64,000 nucleotides of DNA, from positions 24,196-88,195 of the forward strand of contig CAMYOG010000026.1 of the NCBI GenBank assembly GCA_947259925.1. Direction: 5' to 3'. This document shows positions 1 to 9,366 of this stretch, piece by piece. The stretch's first letter is position 1. Each line of letters opens with the position of its first letter. The translations under genes and the position numbers were made by a program. The notes below the pieces were generated by a model. That model saw only the letters and a list, made by a program, of their open reading frames with translations, was not told the DNA's origin and made no database searches. The stretch comes from Thermoanaerobaculia bacterium. Lineage in GTDB: Bacteria > Acidobacteriota > Thermoanaerobaculia > Multivoradales > JAHEKO01.

Positions 1-11
1 CGGCCACCGAG

Positions 12-1313
12 GTGGACGGGATCCTGGATCGAGTCGCGGCGGCTGCCGCTGCCTGGAGACTGACCGATTTCGCGCCCCGCTCCGCCGGCCTGCTCAAGGC
101 GGCCGAGCTCCTCCGCCAGGGCCGTGACGAGTACGCCGAGCTCATGGCCCGGGAGATGGGCAAGCCGCTCGAGCAGGGCCGCTCCGAAGTCGACAAGTGC
201 GCCTGGGTGTGCGAGTACTACACGCAGAACGCCGCCGACTTTCTCGAGGACGAGCATGTCGACCTCGCGGGCGACGCCGAGAGGAGCTTCGTCAGCTTCC
301 AGCCGCTCGGTGTGGTGCTGGCGGTCATGCCCTGGAACTTCCCGTTCTGGCAGGTCTTCCGGTTCGCCGCGCCCAGCCTCATGGCCGGCAACGGCGCCGT
401 CCTCAAGCATGCGAGCAACGTGCCCGGCTGTGCCCTGGCGATCGAGGACATCTTCGGGAAAGCGGGTCTCCCGAGCGACCTCTTTCGCACGCTCCTGATC
501 CCGTCCGGAGGTGTCGCCCGCGTGATCGAGCATCCGGCGGTCCGGGCGGTCACCCTGACCGGGTCGACGCCGGCGGGCAAAGCGGTGGCCGCGGCGGCCG
601 GCGCGGCGCTCAAGAAGTCCGTGCTCGAGCTCGGCGGCAGCGACCCGTACGTGGTGCTCGCGGACGCCGATCTCGACGGCGCGGTCGACGCCTGCGTGAC
701 CAGCCGGTTGATCAACAGCGGCCAGAGCTGCATCGCGGCCAAGCGCTTCATCGTGGTCGAGAGCGTGCGCGAGGAGTTCGAGCGGCGGTTCACCGAGGCG
801 ATGAAGACCAAACGAGTGGGTGACCCCGGCGATCCGCGCACCGACGTCGGTCCCCAGGCTCGGACCGACCTGCGCAACGAGCTCCACGCCCAGGTCGAGC
901 GCAGTATCGCCGCCGGCGCCCGCTGTCTGCTCGGCGGTGAGCTGCCCGACTCGACCGGCGCCTACTACCCGATCACCGTCCTGACGGACGTCGGGCCGGG
1001 GATGCCCGCCTACGACGAGGAACTCTTCGGCCCGGTCGCCGCGATCATCCCGGTGGCCGGCGAGGAGGAAGCGATCGCGACGGCCAACGACTCGCCGTTC
1101 GGCCTCGGCGCGGCGGTCTTTTCCGGTGACGTCGATCACGCCGAGGAGCTGGCGCGCGACCATCTGGAAGCGGGCTCGTGCTTCGTCAACGGCTTCGTCC
1201 GCTCGGATCCCAGGCTGCCGTTCGGCGGCATCAAGGAGTCGGGCTACGGCCGCGAGCTCGGGCCGTTCGGGATCCGGGAGTTCGTGAACGTCAAGACGGT
1301 CTGGGTCGAGTGA
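12..1313 (+). CDS. NAD(P)-dependent succinate-semialdehyde dehydrogenase-like aldehyde dehydrogenase (probably 5'-truncated by window edge)
   Basis: ALDH motifs MPWNFP, LKHASN, TGST, LELGGSDP, catalytic GQSCIAAKR, EELFGP, PFGGIKESGYGRE. Confidence 0.9.
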   Translation: MDGILDRVAAAAAAWRLTDFAPRSAGLLKAAELLRQGRDEYAELMAREMGKPLEQGRSEVDKCAWVCEYYTQNAADFLEDEHVDLAGDAERSFVSFQPLGVVLAVMPWNFPFWQVFRFAAPSLMAGNGAVLKHASNVPGCALAIEDIFGKAGLPSDLFRTLLIPSGGVARVIEHPAVRAVTLTGSTPAGKAVAAAAGAALKKSVLELGGSDPYVVLADADLDGAVDACVTSRLINSGQSCIAAKRFIVVESVREEFERRFTEAMKTKRVGDPGDPRTDVGPQARTDLRNELHAQVERSIAAGARCLLGGELPDSTGAYYPITVLTDVGPGMPAYDEELFGPVAAIIPVAGEEEAIATANDSPFGLGAAVFSGDVDHAEELARDHLEAGSCFVNGFVRSDPRLPFGGIKESGYGRELGPFGIREFVNVKTVWVE

Positions 1314-1320
1314 TGATCGG

Positions 1321-1455
1321 AGAAAGGGAGGTGTCGGAGAAAGGGAGTGCCCTTCCTTTTCATACCCTCCATCAGACCTTTTGGAGGAGGGTATGCCCTC
1401 CTTTCTCGCAGCCTCCCTTCTAGCACTGAGGGAAACGAGCAGCCTCTCCTTCTCG
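1321..1455. repeat. REP-like nested palindrome cluster
   Basis: AGAAAGGGAGG..CCTCCCTTCT, GAGAAAGGGAG..CTCCTTTCTC and CATACCCTCC..GGAGGGTATG are mutually reverse-complementary; GCAGCCTC(C/T)C occurs twice. Confidence 0.55.
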
Positions 1456-1618
1456 CGTCTTCCGTCGGAAACAGTTACCCGTAGGAGCTCCCAGTCGGCC
1501 GCCGTTTGCGGGCGTGGGTCGCGAACCGTGCGCCGGGGTGGTGCCCGGACGCCCCTCCCCGGGTAGCGTGGCACCGTTCGAAGGCGCTTCGGCCAGACCA
1601 ACAGACGGAGGTGCAGGG

Positions 1619-2752
1619 ATGAGCGGTGACAAGCAGGCGGACCTCGCCGGTCCGGGCATCGGCAACTACGACGACCTGGAGAAGATCCTGCCGAGCGACT
1701 ACCAGTCGCTGCTGAGTCCGCGCGAGACCCAGGAGGCGCTCTACGCCGTCAAGAGCTACATCGAAGAGAACCTCTGCCGCGAGCTCAACCTGATCATGGT
1801 CTCGGTACCGCTGCTGGTTACCGAGGAGAGCGGCATCAACGACATGCTCGATCGTGACGGATCGCGCACTCCTGTGTCGTTCCGGATCGAGAACGACTAC
1901 GGCCAGAACCCGGTCAACGCCCAGCTCGTCCAGGCGGCCACCAAGTGGAAGCGGATGGCGCTCCGGCAGTTCGACTGCAAGGTCGGTGAGGGCATCTGCA
2001 CCGACATGCGTGCCGTGCGCAAGGACTACTTCCTCGATCACGACCACAGCGCCTACGTCGACCAGTGGGACTGGGAGCTGGCGATCACCGCGGAGCAGCG
2101 CAACCTCGAGTTCCTGACCGAGGTCGTCCAGAAGCTCTGGAAGGTGATCCGGGGTGCCGACAAACACGTCCACACCCTCTATCCCAAGCTCGGCGAGGGC
2201 GGCTATCCGGACCTCCCGGACGAGCTGACCTTCCTGCACGCCGAGGAGATCCTGGAGCGCTTTCCCGACATGCCTCGCAAGGAGCGCGAGACCGCCATCC
2301 TGCAGGAGTACCCGGCGATCTTCATCTACGGCATCGGTTGGCCGCTGGAGGACGGCTACCCGCACGAGATGCGCGCCGCGGACTACGACGACTGGTCGAC
2401 CGAGGGCGTCTCCGCGGACGGCCGTCCCGTCCACGGCCTGAACGGCGACATCCTGGTCTGGAATCCGGTCACCCGCCGGCGGCACGAGCTGACCTCCATG
2501 GGAGTCCGGGTCGACGCCGAGTCGCTCCGCAGGCAGCTCGAGATGAGCGATCAGCTCGACAGTCTCGAGTTCCCCTACCATCGGGCGATCGTCGACAACG
2601 AGATTCCGCTCTCGATCGGCGGTGGGATCGGCCAATCACGTACCTACATGGCGATCCTCAAGAAGGCCCACCTCGGGGAAGTGAGCGTCACCGTCTGGCC
2701 GGAGATTCTCAAGGAGATGTGCCGCCGGAAGAACATCCACGTTCTCGAATAG
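1619..2752 (+). CDS. asnA: Aspartate--ammonia ligase (asparagine synthetase A)
   Basis: VQAATKWKR, GEGICTDMRAVR, HSAYVDQWDWE, RAADYDDW, GLNGDILVW, ELTSMGVRVD, PLSIGGGIGQSR; GGAGG SD before ATG 1619. Confidence 0.93.
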   Translation: MSGDKQADLAGPGIGNYDDLEKILPSDYQSLLSPRETQEALYAVKSYIEENLCRELNLIMVSVPLLVTEESGINDMLDRDGSRTPVSFRIENDYGQNPVNAQLVQAATKWKRMALRQFDCKVGEGICTDMRAVRKDYFLDHDHSAYVDQWDWELAITAEQRNLEFLTEVVQKLWKVIRGADKHVHTLYPKLGEGGYPDLPDELTFLHAEEILERFPDMPRKERETAILQEYPAIFIYGIGWPLEDGYPHEMRAADYDDWSTEGVSADGRPVHGLNGDILVWNPVTRRRHELTSMGVRVDAESLRRQLEMSDQLDSLEFPYHRAIVDNEIPLSIGGGIGQSRTYMAILKKAHLGEVSVTVWPEILKEMCRRKNIHVLE

Positions 2753-2931
2753 CCTGCCCTTCTCACCGGCTTCCGTTGCGAGCTGGCGTAGGCGCCTGAA
2801 GATGCGCGACTTACCGAGCGAGGGCGCCACAGGCGTACTGAAGTACGTCGAGGACGCCCGACCGAGGCAAGTCGTGCAGATTCAGGTGCCTACGTCAGCG
2901 CAGTAGGAAGCTGGTGAGAAGGGCAGGCTAG
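2750..2931. repeat. ~180 bp palindromic MITE/REPIN-like element
   Basis: Arms TAGCCTGCCCTTCTCACCGGCTTCC / GGAAGCTGGTGAGAAGGGCAGGCTA; inner arms TGGCGTAGGCGCCTGAA/TTCAGGTGCCTACGTCA; central CGTACTGAAGTACG; related copy at 19037-19117. Confidence 0.8.
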
Positions 2932-3005
2932 GGCGATCGAGCGGCAGCCGCGCGCGGTGGCGGCCTGCTAGGCTCGGACCTCCAATCAGGTCTAAGGAGG
3001 TAGGT

Positions 3006-3464
3006 ATGCTGCGCAACATCCTGGGGGCGGTGGTGGGCTACGTCTCGATGGTCGTGGTGGTGATGATCGGAATCGGCTTGGCCTGGCTGGTGGTCGGCGG
3101 CGGCTCGGGCGCCTTCGACGGCGAGAGTCCTCGGCCGTCGACGATCTGGATCGCGTTCAACATCGTCTTCGGCTTCGTGGCAGCCCTGGTCGGCGGCTCC
3201 ATAGCGCGCAGGATCGGGCGCTCGATGACCGCGGTGAAGATCCTGGTGGCCGTACTGCTGGTGCTGGGCGCCTTCTTTGCCATCACCGCCGAGAGCACCT
3301 ATGCCAAGCGCGAGCCGGTCGACAAGACGGTCGCGGAGATGAGCTTCACCGAGGCGGGTCAGCACGCCCGCAATCCGACCTGGTACCTGTTCTCGATTCC
3401 GCTGGTCGGCGTCGCCGGGGCGCTCGTCGGCGCCCGCGCCTGGGTCCCGGACGGGGTCGACTGA
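3006..3464 (+). CDS. Hypothetical 4-TM membrane protein
   Basis: Strong SD TAAGGAGGT, four hydrophobic segments, typical GC3 codon usage. Confidence 0.8.
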   Translation: MLRNILGAVVGYVSMVVVVMIGIGLAWLVVGGGSGAFDGESPRPSTIWIAFNIVFGFVAALVGGSIARRIGRSMTAVKILVAVLLVLGAFFAITAESTYAKREPVDKTVAEMSFTEAGQHARNPTWYLFSIPLVGVAGALVGARAWVPDGVD

Positions 3465-3494
3465 ACCGATATGATCGTGTGACCCGGTAGCTCC

Positions 3495-6146
3495 ATGATC
3501 GGTCGGACCATCGCCCACTACAAGATCCTCGAGAAGCTCGGCGAGGGGGGCATGGGCCACGTCTACCTGGCCGAGGACACCGAGCTGGGCCGCCGGGTCG
3601 CTCTCAAGGTGCTGCGCGCGGACACCGCCTCCGACGAGGAGATGCTCGGTCGCTTCCGGCGCGAGGCGCGGGCGGTCGCGGCCCTCAATCACCCGAATAT
3701 CGTCACCATCCATTCGGTAGAGGCGGCCAGCTTCGAGCACGGCGAGGACCAGGAGCCGGTGCACTTCCTGACCATGGAGCTGGTCGAAGGCGTCGGACTC
3801 GACCACAAGATCCCGGCCGAAGGGCTGCCGCAAGACCGGATCTTCGAGCTCGCGATTCCGCTCGCCGACGCGCTCAGTGCCGCCCACAAGGAAGGCATCA
3901 CCCACCGCGATCTGAAACCGGCCAACGTCATGCTGACCACCGACGATCGCGTGAAGATCCTCGACTTCGGCCTCGCGAAGCTCGCCAAGGACGACGCCTC
4001 GGATCAGGACACCACACAAGCCCTGACCCAGGCGGGTATGGTGATCGGCACCGTCCCCTACATGTCGCCCGAGCAGGTGAGCGGCCGGCCGGTCGATCAT
4101 CGCACCGACATCTTCGCGCTGGGGGTGATCCTGTACGAGATGGCCACCGGGCGGCGGCCGTTCGCGGGCGAGAGCTCGGGATTGCTGATCTCGTCGATCT
4201 TGCGCGACGACCCGCCGTCGGTAACCGAGCTCCGCCAGGAGCTGCCCTTTCACCTCGGACGGATCGTTCGCAGATGCCTGGAGAAAGAACCCGATCGGCG
4301 GTACCAGGCGGCCCTCGACGTTCGCAACGAGCTCGAGGCACTCAGAGAAGAGTTGCGCTCGGGGGTCGTCTCGGCGGTCAGCGAGGCCGTGCCGGCTGCC
4401 ACTCCCCCACCCGCAAAGCGGCCGGCCTGGCTGATCGCGGGAGTGCCGATCGTGCTCGTCGTGGTCGCCACCCTCGCCTGGCTCGGGCTTCGGACCCGCG
4501 ATGACGCCCCTGTAGGCCGGGGGGAGCCGGCCGCGGCCGCCGCCGTCAACAGCGTCGTCGTGCTGCCGTTCGAGAACCTCGGTCCGCCCGAAGACGAGTA
4601 CTTCGCGGCCGGGATCACCGACGAGATCACCAACCGGCTGGCGACGATCGAGGGCATGCGCGTGATCTCGCGCAACAGCGCCTCGCGCTACGCCAAGAGC
4701 GACAAGAGCCTGCAGCAGATCGGCACCGAGCTCGGGGTGGGGCACGTCCTCGAGGGGAGCGTCCGTTGGGCGAAGGGCGACGACAGCAGCCGGGTCCGCA
4801 TCACCCCGCGATTGACTCGGGTCGAGGACGACGCCCAGATCTGGTCGCAGTCGTACGACCGGGTCTTCGAGGACGTCTTCGAGGTCGAGTCGGAGATCGC
4901 CGACAGCGTGACCCAGAACCTGGGCTTGACCCTGCTCGAGCCGTCCGAGGAGGAGCGACCCACCCAGAGCGCCGAGGCGTACCAGGCGTACCTCAAGGCG
5001 CTCGACCATCGCGGCGGCGGCACCGTCGACGAGCGGCAGCTGTCGATCGACATGTTCGTCCGCGCCACCGAGCTCGACCCCGAGTTCGCCGAGGCCTGGG
5101 CCTATCTCGCCTGGACCTACGCGCAGCGCTACTTCAACGGCGACTTCCGCCAGGACTGGGGTCCGATGGCGGAGGAAGCGATCACCCAAGCCCGCACCCT
5201 CGATCCCGACAACCCGCTGGTCCAGCTCGCCGACGGCTTCTACTGGTACTACATGCACCGCGAGTTCGATCGCGCGCTCGAAATCTTCCGGCAGGTCGTG
5301 CGCGCGAACCCGAACGACGTCGACGCCCTGTCGGCGGTCGCTTACATCCATCGTCGCCAGGGGCGATTCGAGGAGACGATCCAGGAGCTCGAGAAGGCCT
5401 CGGCGCTCGATCCGCAGAACATCGACTTTCGTACCGCTATCGCGGAGACCTACGGTGCGATGAGGCGGTTCGACGAGGCGATCGAGGGACTCGACCGGGC
5501 GCTCGCGATCGCGCCCGATCGAGCCGACCTCTACTTCATGAAGTCGTCCGCCCTGATCACCTCGACCGGCGCCACGGCCGAGGCGCGCGCGGTTCTCGAG
5601 CGAGCGCCCGGCAGTCCCGATATCTACCAGCCCTGGATCGTGCTCGACTGGCTCGATCGCGACTTCGATGGGGCTCTGGAGCGCCTCGAGGCGCAGCAGC
5701 CCAAGAACGCCTTCGACCAGCTCAACATCCCGATCCAGATCGGTTTCAGCCTCCTGCTCAAGGGCGACGATGAGGCGGCGCGGCCCTACCTGGAGCAGTC
5801 CCTCGCTGCTCTCGAAGCGGTAGGCGACACCGGACAGGACTCGAGCGTTCGATCCGCTCGCGCGGTCCTGTACGCCGCCCTCGGCCAGCCGGAGGCGGCC
5901 CTCGAGGAGATCGACCAGGCGATCGAGCTGACTGCCAGCGACCGATTCTCGGGACCCCAGGCGGTGGAGAGCAAGGCCCTCGTCCACGCGATGGTCGGTC
6001 AATCCGACGCCGCGATCGACCTCCTCGAACAACTCCTGGAGCAGAGCTACTTGGAACCCATAACGCGTGCCGCTCTGCGCACACTCCCCTTCTGGGACCC
6101 GCTCCGCTCCAATCCGAGGTTCGAGGCACTGCTGCAGGAGAGCTGA
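3495..6146 (+). CDS. Hanks-type Ser/Thr protein kinase with TM helix, TolB_N-like domain and TPR repeats
   Basis: GEGGMGHVY, VALK, HRDLKPAN, KILDFGLAK, GTVPYMSPEQ; TM segment; VVVLPFEN..YFAAGITDEI; TPR helices; WDPLRSNPRF tail. Confidence 0.93.
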   Translation: MIGRTIAHYKILEKLGEGGMGHVYLAEDTELGRRVALKVLRADTASDEEMLGRFRREARAVAALNHPNIVTIHSVEAASFEHGEDQEPVHFLTMELVEGVGLDHKIPAEGLPQDRIFELAIPLADALSAAHKEGITHRDLKPANVMLTTDDRVKILDFGLAKLAKDDASDQDTTQALTQAGMVIGTVPYMSPEQVSGRPVDHRTDIFALGVILYEMATGRRPFAGESSGLLISSILRDDPPSVTELRQELPFHLGRIVRRCLEKEPDRRYQAALDVRNELEALREELRSGVVSAVSEAVPAATPPPAKRPAWLIAGVPIVLVVVATLAWLGLRTRDDAPVGRGEPAAAAAVNSVVVLPFENLGPPEDEYFAAGITDEITNRLATIEGMRVISRNSASRYAKSDKSLQQIGTELGVGHVLEGSVRWAKGDDSSRVRITPRLTRVEDDAQIWSQSYDRVFEDVFEVESEIADSVTQNLGLTLLEPSEEERPTQSAEAYQAYLKALDHRGGGTVDERQLSIDMFVRATELDPEFAEAWAYLAWTYAQRYFNGDFRQDWGPMAEEAITQARTLDPDNPLVQLADGFYWYYMHREFDRALEIFRQVVRANPNDVDALSAVAYIHRRQGRFEETIQELEKASALDPQNIDFRTAIAETYGAMRRFDEAIEGLDRALAIAPDRADLYFMKSSALITSTGATAEARAVLERAPGSPDIYQPWIVLDWLDRDFDGALERLEAQQPKNAFDQLNIPIQIGFSLLLKGDDEAARPYLEQSLAALEAVGDTGQDSSVRSARAVLYAALGQPEAALEEIDQAIELTASDRFSGPQAVESKALVHAMVGQSDAAIDLLEQLLEQSYLEPITRAALRTLPFWDPLRSNPRFEALLQES

Positions 6147-6187
6147 GTCCGGCGGGCTTCACAGGCCCGACGAGGACCGTCGCAGGG

Positions 6188-6216
6188 TTGTAACATCGTT
6201 GCCATACGCTGGCCAT
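6188..6216 (+). promoter_or_regulatory. Candidate Pho box (three 7-mers at 11-bp period)
   Basis: TTGTAAC-atcg-TTGCCAT-acgc-TGGCCAT resembles the PhoB CTGTCAT-N4 repeat; lies upstream of pstS. Confidence 0.5.
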
Positions 6217-6384
6217 GGGAGAGCGGCACGCTGGTCTTCGCCCACTGGAACGGGTGGGAGAGGCAACCGTGCGCTGGCGTGTACGGCCGGGAGGAAGCGG
6301 CTGCTACGTTTCAGCCATCGGGAGTGAAGACCCGGCACGGGCGTCGACGGGGCGCAGCGTGCTCCAACCAGAAGGAGGCTCGAT

Positions 6385-7266
6385 TTGAGAAACCGACTCG
6401 CACTCGGCGTGGTTGTGCTGTTGGTGCTCGCCTGTGGCAGGCCGTCCGGAGAGCGCGGCGGTCGCGCCCTGATCCAGAACAAGGGCTCGGACACCCTGGT
6501 CAACGTTGCCCAGGCGTGGGCCGAAGCGTACAAGGAAGTGAATCCGAACGTCGGCATCGCGGTCACCGGCGGCGGCTCCGGGACCGGCATCTCGGCGATG
6601 ATCAACGGCACGGTCGATCTTGCCAACGCCAGCCGCAAGATGAAGGACAAGGAGCTCGAGGCGGCTCGCGCCAACGGGATCGAGCCGGTCGAGTTCGTAG
6701 TCGGCTTCGACGCCCTGGCGGTGTTCGTTCATCCCGACAACCCGGTGGAGGGTTTCACGCGGGCGCAGCTGGCGGAGATCTACGGTGAGGGAGGCTCGGT
6801 CGAGGGCTGGGATCAGCTCGGCCTGGCGATACCCGGCTGCGACAGCAACGAGATCGTCCGGGTCAGTCGGCAGAACAACTCCGGCACCTACGTCTACTTC
6901 CAGGAAGCGGTGCTGGGCAAGGAGCGCGACTTCAAGCTGGGCTCGCGCGACATGCACGGCTCCAAGGACGTGGTCGATCTGGTCGAGAACACCCCGTGCG
7001 CGATCGGCTACAGCGGACTCGCCTACGCCAACGAGCACGTGAAGATGCCGTGCGTCTCGACCAGCGACAACGGCACCTGCGTCTTCCCGTCCTCGGAGAC
7101 CGCCATCGACGGCAGCTATCCCATCGCCCGGCCGCTGCTCATGTACAGTGCCGGCCAGCCTCAGGGGATCGTGAAGGTGTACCTGGACTGGATTCTGAGC
7201 GACGCCGCGCAGTGCATCATTCAGGACAAGGGTTACGCGCCCGTACGGGCGGTGAGCTGCGGCTGA
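6385..7266 (+). CDS. pstS: Phosphate ABC transporter substrate-binding lipoprotein PstS
   Basis: TTG start after AGGAGG; lipobox LVLAC; KGSDT, GGGSGTGI, ANASR, SRQNNSGT, YPIARPL. Confidence 0.92.
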   Translation: MRNRLALGVVVLLVLACGRPSGERGGRALIQNKGSDTLVNVAQAWAEAYKEVNPNVGIAVTGGGSGTGISAMINGTVDLANASRKMKDKELEAARANGIEPVEFVVGFDALAVFVHPDNPVEGFTRAQLAEIYGEGGSVEGWDQLGLAIPGCDSNEIVRVSRQNNSGTYVYFQEAVLGKERDFKLGSRDMHGSKDVVDLVENTPCAIGYSGLAYANEHVKMPCVSTSDNGTCVFPSSETAIDGSYPIARPLLMYSAGQPQGIVKVYLDWILSDAAQCIIQDKGYAPVRAVSCG

Positions 7267-7347
7267 TGTGAAAGTGCCAACCTTGGGCCGGCGGTCGGCC
7301 GGGTGGCGGTCGCCAGCCGGTCCTCGAGCAGCAGGCAGGAGAGGCCG

Positions 7348-8439
7348 ATGAGTCACTACGAAGAGCGCCTGGAACAGGATCTGAACACGATTCGGAGCCG
7401 TGTTCGCGAGGTCGGCAAGCAGATCGAGACCGCGCTCGAGCGCGCCGTGCACGCACTGCTGACCCACAACACGGCGTTGGCTGCCGAGGTCGTTCTGGGC
7501 GACCTCCCGATCAACCGGGAGGTGCGCGCCATAGACGCTCTCTGCCACGCGTTCGTCGCACGCCACCTGCCGAGTGCCGGTCACCTTCGGTTCGTCTCGT
7601 CGGTCCTGCGGCTGAACATCGAGCTCGAGCGGATCGGCGACTATGCCGTCGCGATCGCGCGCGAGGTGCAGCAGCTCTCTCAAGCTCCTCCCGATACCGT
7701 GCTGCGTGACATCGACCTGATCGCGGACCAGGCCAAGCTGATCCTCCACCAGGCGCTCCAGGCGTTCGACGAATCGAACGCCGACATGGCCCGGGCGACG
7801 AAGGCCATGGGCAAGCAGGTCGAGAGCACGTTCCAGAACGTCCTCTCCGATCTGCTGGACGAGGGCGAGAAGAGAGAACGGCCGCTGATGGACCTCTTCG
7901 CTCTGTTGGTGGTGATCAACCGGCTCGGGCGGGTCAGCGACCAGGCGAAGAACCTGTGTGAAGAGACGATCTTCGCGGTGACCGGCGAAACCAAGGAGCC
8001 CAAGATCTACCGGCTGCTGTTCGTCGACGAGACCAACGACTGCTACAGCCAGATGGCCGAGGCGTTCGCGCGCAAGGTCTTCCCCGAAAGCGGCCGCTAC
8101 GCGAGCGCCGGTTGGCAGCCGGTGGACGCCCTCCATCCGGGCTGCGCGCGGTTTCTCGACCGGAACGGGCTCGACGCGAGCGATCTGGCGCCGAGTCTCT
8201 TCGACCTGCCGACCGAGGAGTTGGCCGACTATCACGTGGTCGTCAACCTCGAGCACGGAGAGGAGCCGAAACTGCCCCCGATCCCGTTCCATACGGTGCT
8301 CCTCAACTGGGACGTCGGGCCCTCTCCGGCCGGACTCGACCAGCAGCGGGCGGACGCCCTGATCGAGGAGGCCTACAAGGAGATCTCGACCCGGGTTCGC
8401 GATCTCATGGAGCAGCTGCGCGGCGAGGGGGCCGGCTAG
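7348..8439 (+). CDS. phoU: PhoU fused to C-terminal LMW-PTP/ArsC-like domain with degenerate active site
   Basis: PhoU motifs ELERIGDYA, LGRVSDQAKNLCE; then LLFVDETNDCYSQMAEAF..ASAG matching the LMW-PTP LFVCxxNxCRSQMAEA pattern. Confidence 0.88.
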   Translation: MSHYEERLEQDLNTIRSRVREVGKQIETALERAVHALLTHNTALAAEVVLGDLPINREVRAIDALCHAFVARHLPSAGHLRFVSSVLRLNIELERIGDYAVAIAREVQQLSQAPPDTVLRDIDLIADQAKLILHQALQAFDESNADMARATKAMGKQVESTFQNVLSDLLDEGEKRERPLMDLFALLVVINRLGRVSDQAKNLCEETIFAVTGETKEPKIYRLLFVDETNDCYSQMAEAFARKVFPESGRYASAGWQPVDALHPGCARFLDRNGLDASDLAPSLFDLPTEELADYHVVVNLEHGEEPKLPPIPFHTVLLNWDVGPSPAGLDQQRADALIEEAYKEISTRVRDLMEQLRGEGAG

Positions 8440-9362
8440 TGCCGCAAGCCTCGCCTCGAGGCGGCGACGCGATCGATCGCCGCAACCTGGACTGGTACAT
8501 CGACAAGGGTGTCCAGGTCCTGGTCTTCATCGGCGGCGTGTCGGGCATCCTGTTCGTGATCAGCATCTTCGTGTTTATCACCAAGGAAGGCCTCGGGTTC
8601 CTCACCGAGCAGTTCAGCATCGGCGAGTTCTTCGGCTCGCCGCGCTGGGCCCCGACGTCGAGCCACAACCCGACCTACGGCGCCCTGGCCCTGATCGCCG
8701 GAACGGCGAGCGTGACCGGGCTGGCGATGGTCATCGCGGTTCCGTTCTCGCTGGGAGCCGCCATCTTCATCGGTGAGTTCGCGACCGGCAAGCCGCGCGA
8801 GTATCTGAAGGTCCTGGTCGAGCTTCTCGCCGCGATCCCTTCGGTGGTCTGGGGGTTTATCGGCCTGAGCATCATGAACCCCCTGATCATCAAGCTGTTC
8901 AATGTCCCGGTCGGGCTGAACGTGCTCAACTCGGGCTTCATTCTCGGCCTGATGGCGGCGCCGATCATGACCACCATCGCCGAAGACGCCCTCAAGGCGG
9001 TTCCGGATACCTATCGCGAAGCGGCGGAGGCGCTGGGTGCCACCCGCTGGCAGGTCATCCTCAGGGTGGTCATCCCGGCGGCCAAGCCCGGGCTGCTCGC
9101 CGCCGTGCTCCTGGGCGTCGGCAGGGGCTTCGGCGAGACCATGGCGGTCTTGATGGCGAGCGGCCACTCGATCAACCTGCCGACCAGCGTCTTCGACTCG
9201 GTGCGTGCGCTGACCGCGACCATCGCCGCCGAGCTGGGTGAGACGGCGGTCGGCTCCGATCACTACCGCGCCCTGTTCACCCTCGGCATCTTCCTCTTCG
9301 TCGTCACGTTCGTCATCAATTTGACCGCCGACCTAGTCGTCCGCGGGATCCGCAGGAAGTAG
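8439..9362 (+). CDS. pstC: Phosphate ABC transporter permease PstC
   Basis: ELLAAIPSVVWG, EAAEALGATRW, GRGFGETMAV; GTG overlaps phoU stop. Confidence 0.93.
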   Translation: MPQASPRGGDAIDRRNLDWYIDKGVQVLVFIGGVSGILFVISIFVFITKEGLGFLTEQFSIGEFFGSPRWAPTSSHNPTYGALALIAGTASVTGLAMVIAVPFSLGAAIFIGEFATGKPREYLKVLVELLAAIPSVVWGFIGLSIMNPLIIKLFNVPVGLNVLNSGFILGLMAAPIMTTIAEDALKAVPDTYREAAEALGATRWQVILRVVIPAAKPGLLAAVLLGVGRGFGETMAVLMASGHSINLPTSVFDSVRALTATIAAELGETAVGSDHYRALFTLGIFLFVVTFVINLTADLVVRGIRRK

Positions 9363-9366
9363 AGCC

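Noticed and set aside
1440-1618. Known riboswitch (glutamine, T-box, lysine, SAM, c-di-GMP) ahead of asnA
   Set aside because: I could not find the conserved core nucleotides of these classes; kept only as an unassigned structured leader.
2928-6032. 1034-aa antisense ORF (likewise 6304-8292, 27615-30623, 35588-37882, 57528-60143 and many others)
   Set aside because: Shadow ORFs opposite well-supported genes, expected from high GC3 codon bias; no recognisable motifs.
3495-6146. Kinase-TolB_N-TPR protein as a novel signalling system
   Set aside because: Common expanded family in Acidobacteriota-like genomes; nothing distinctive here.
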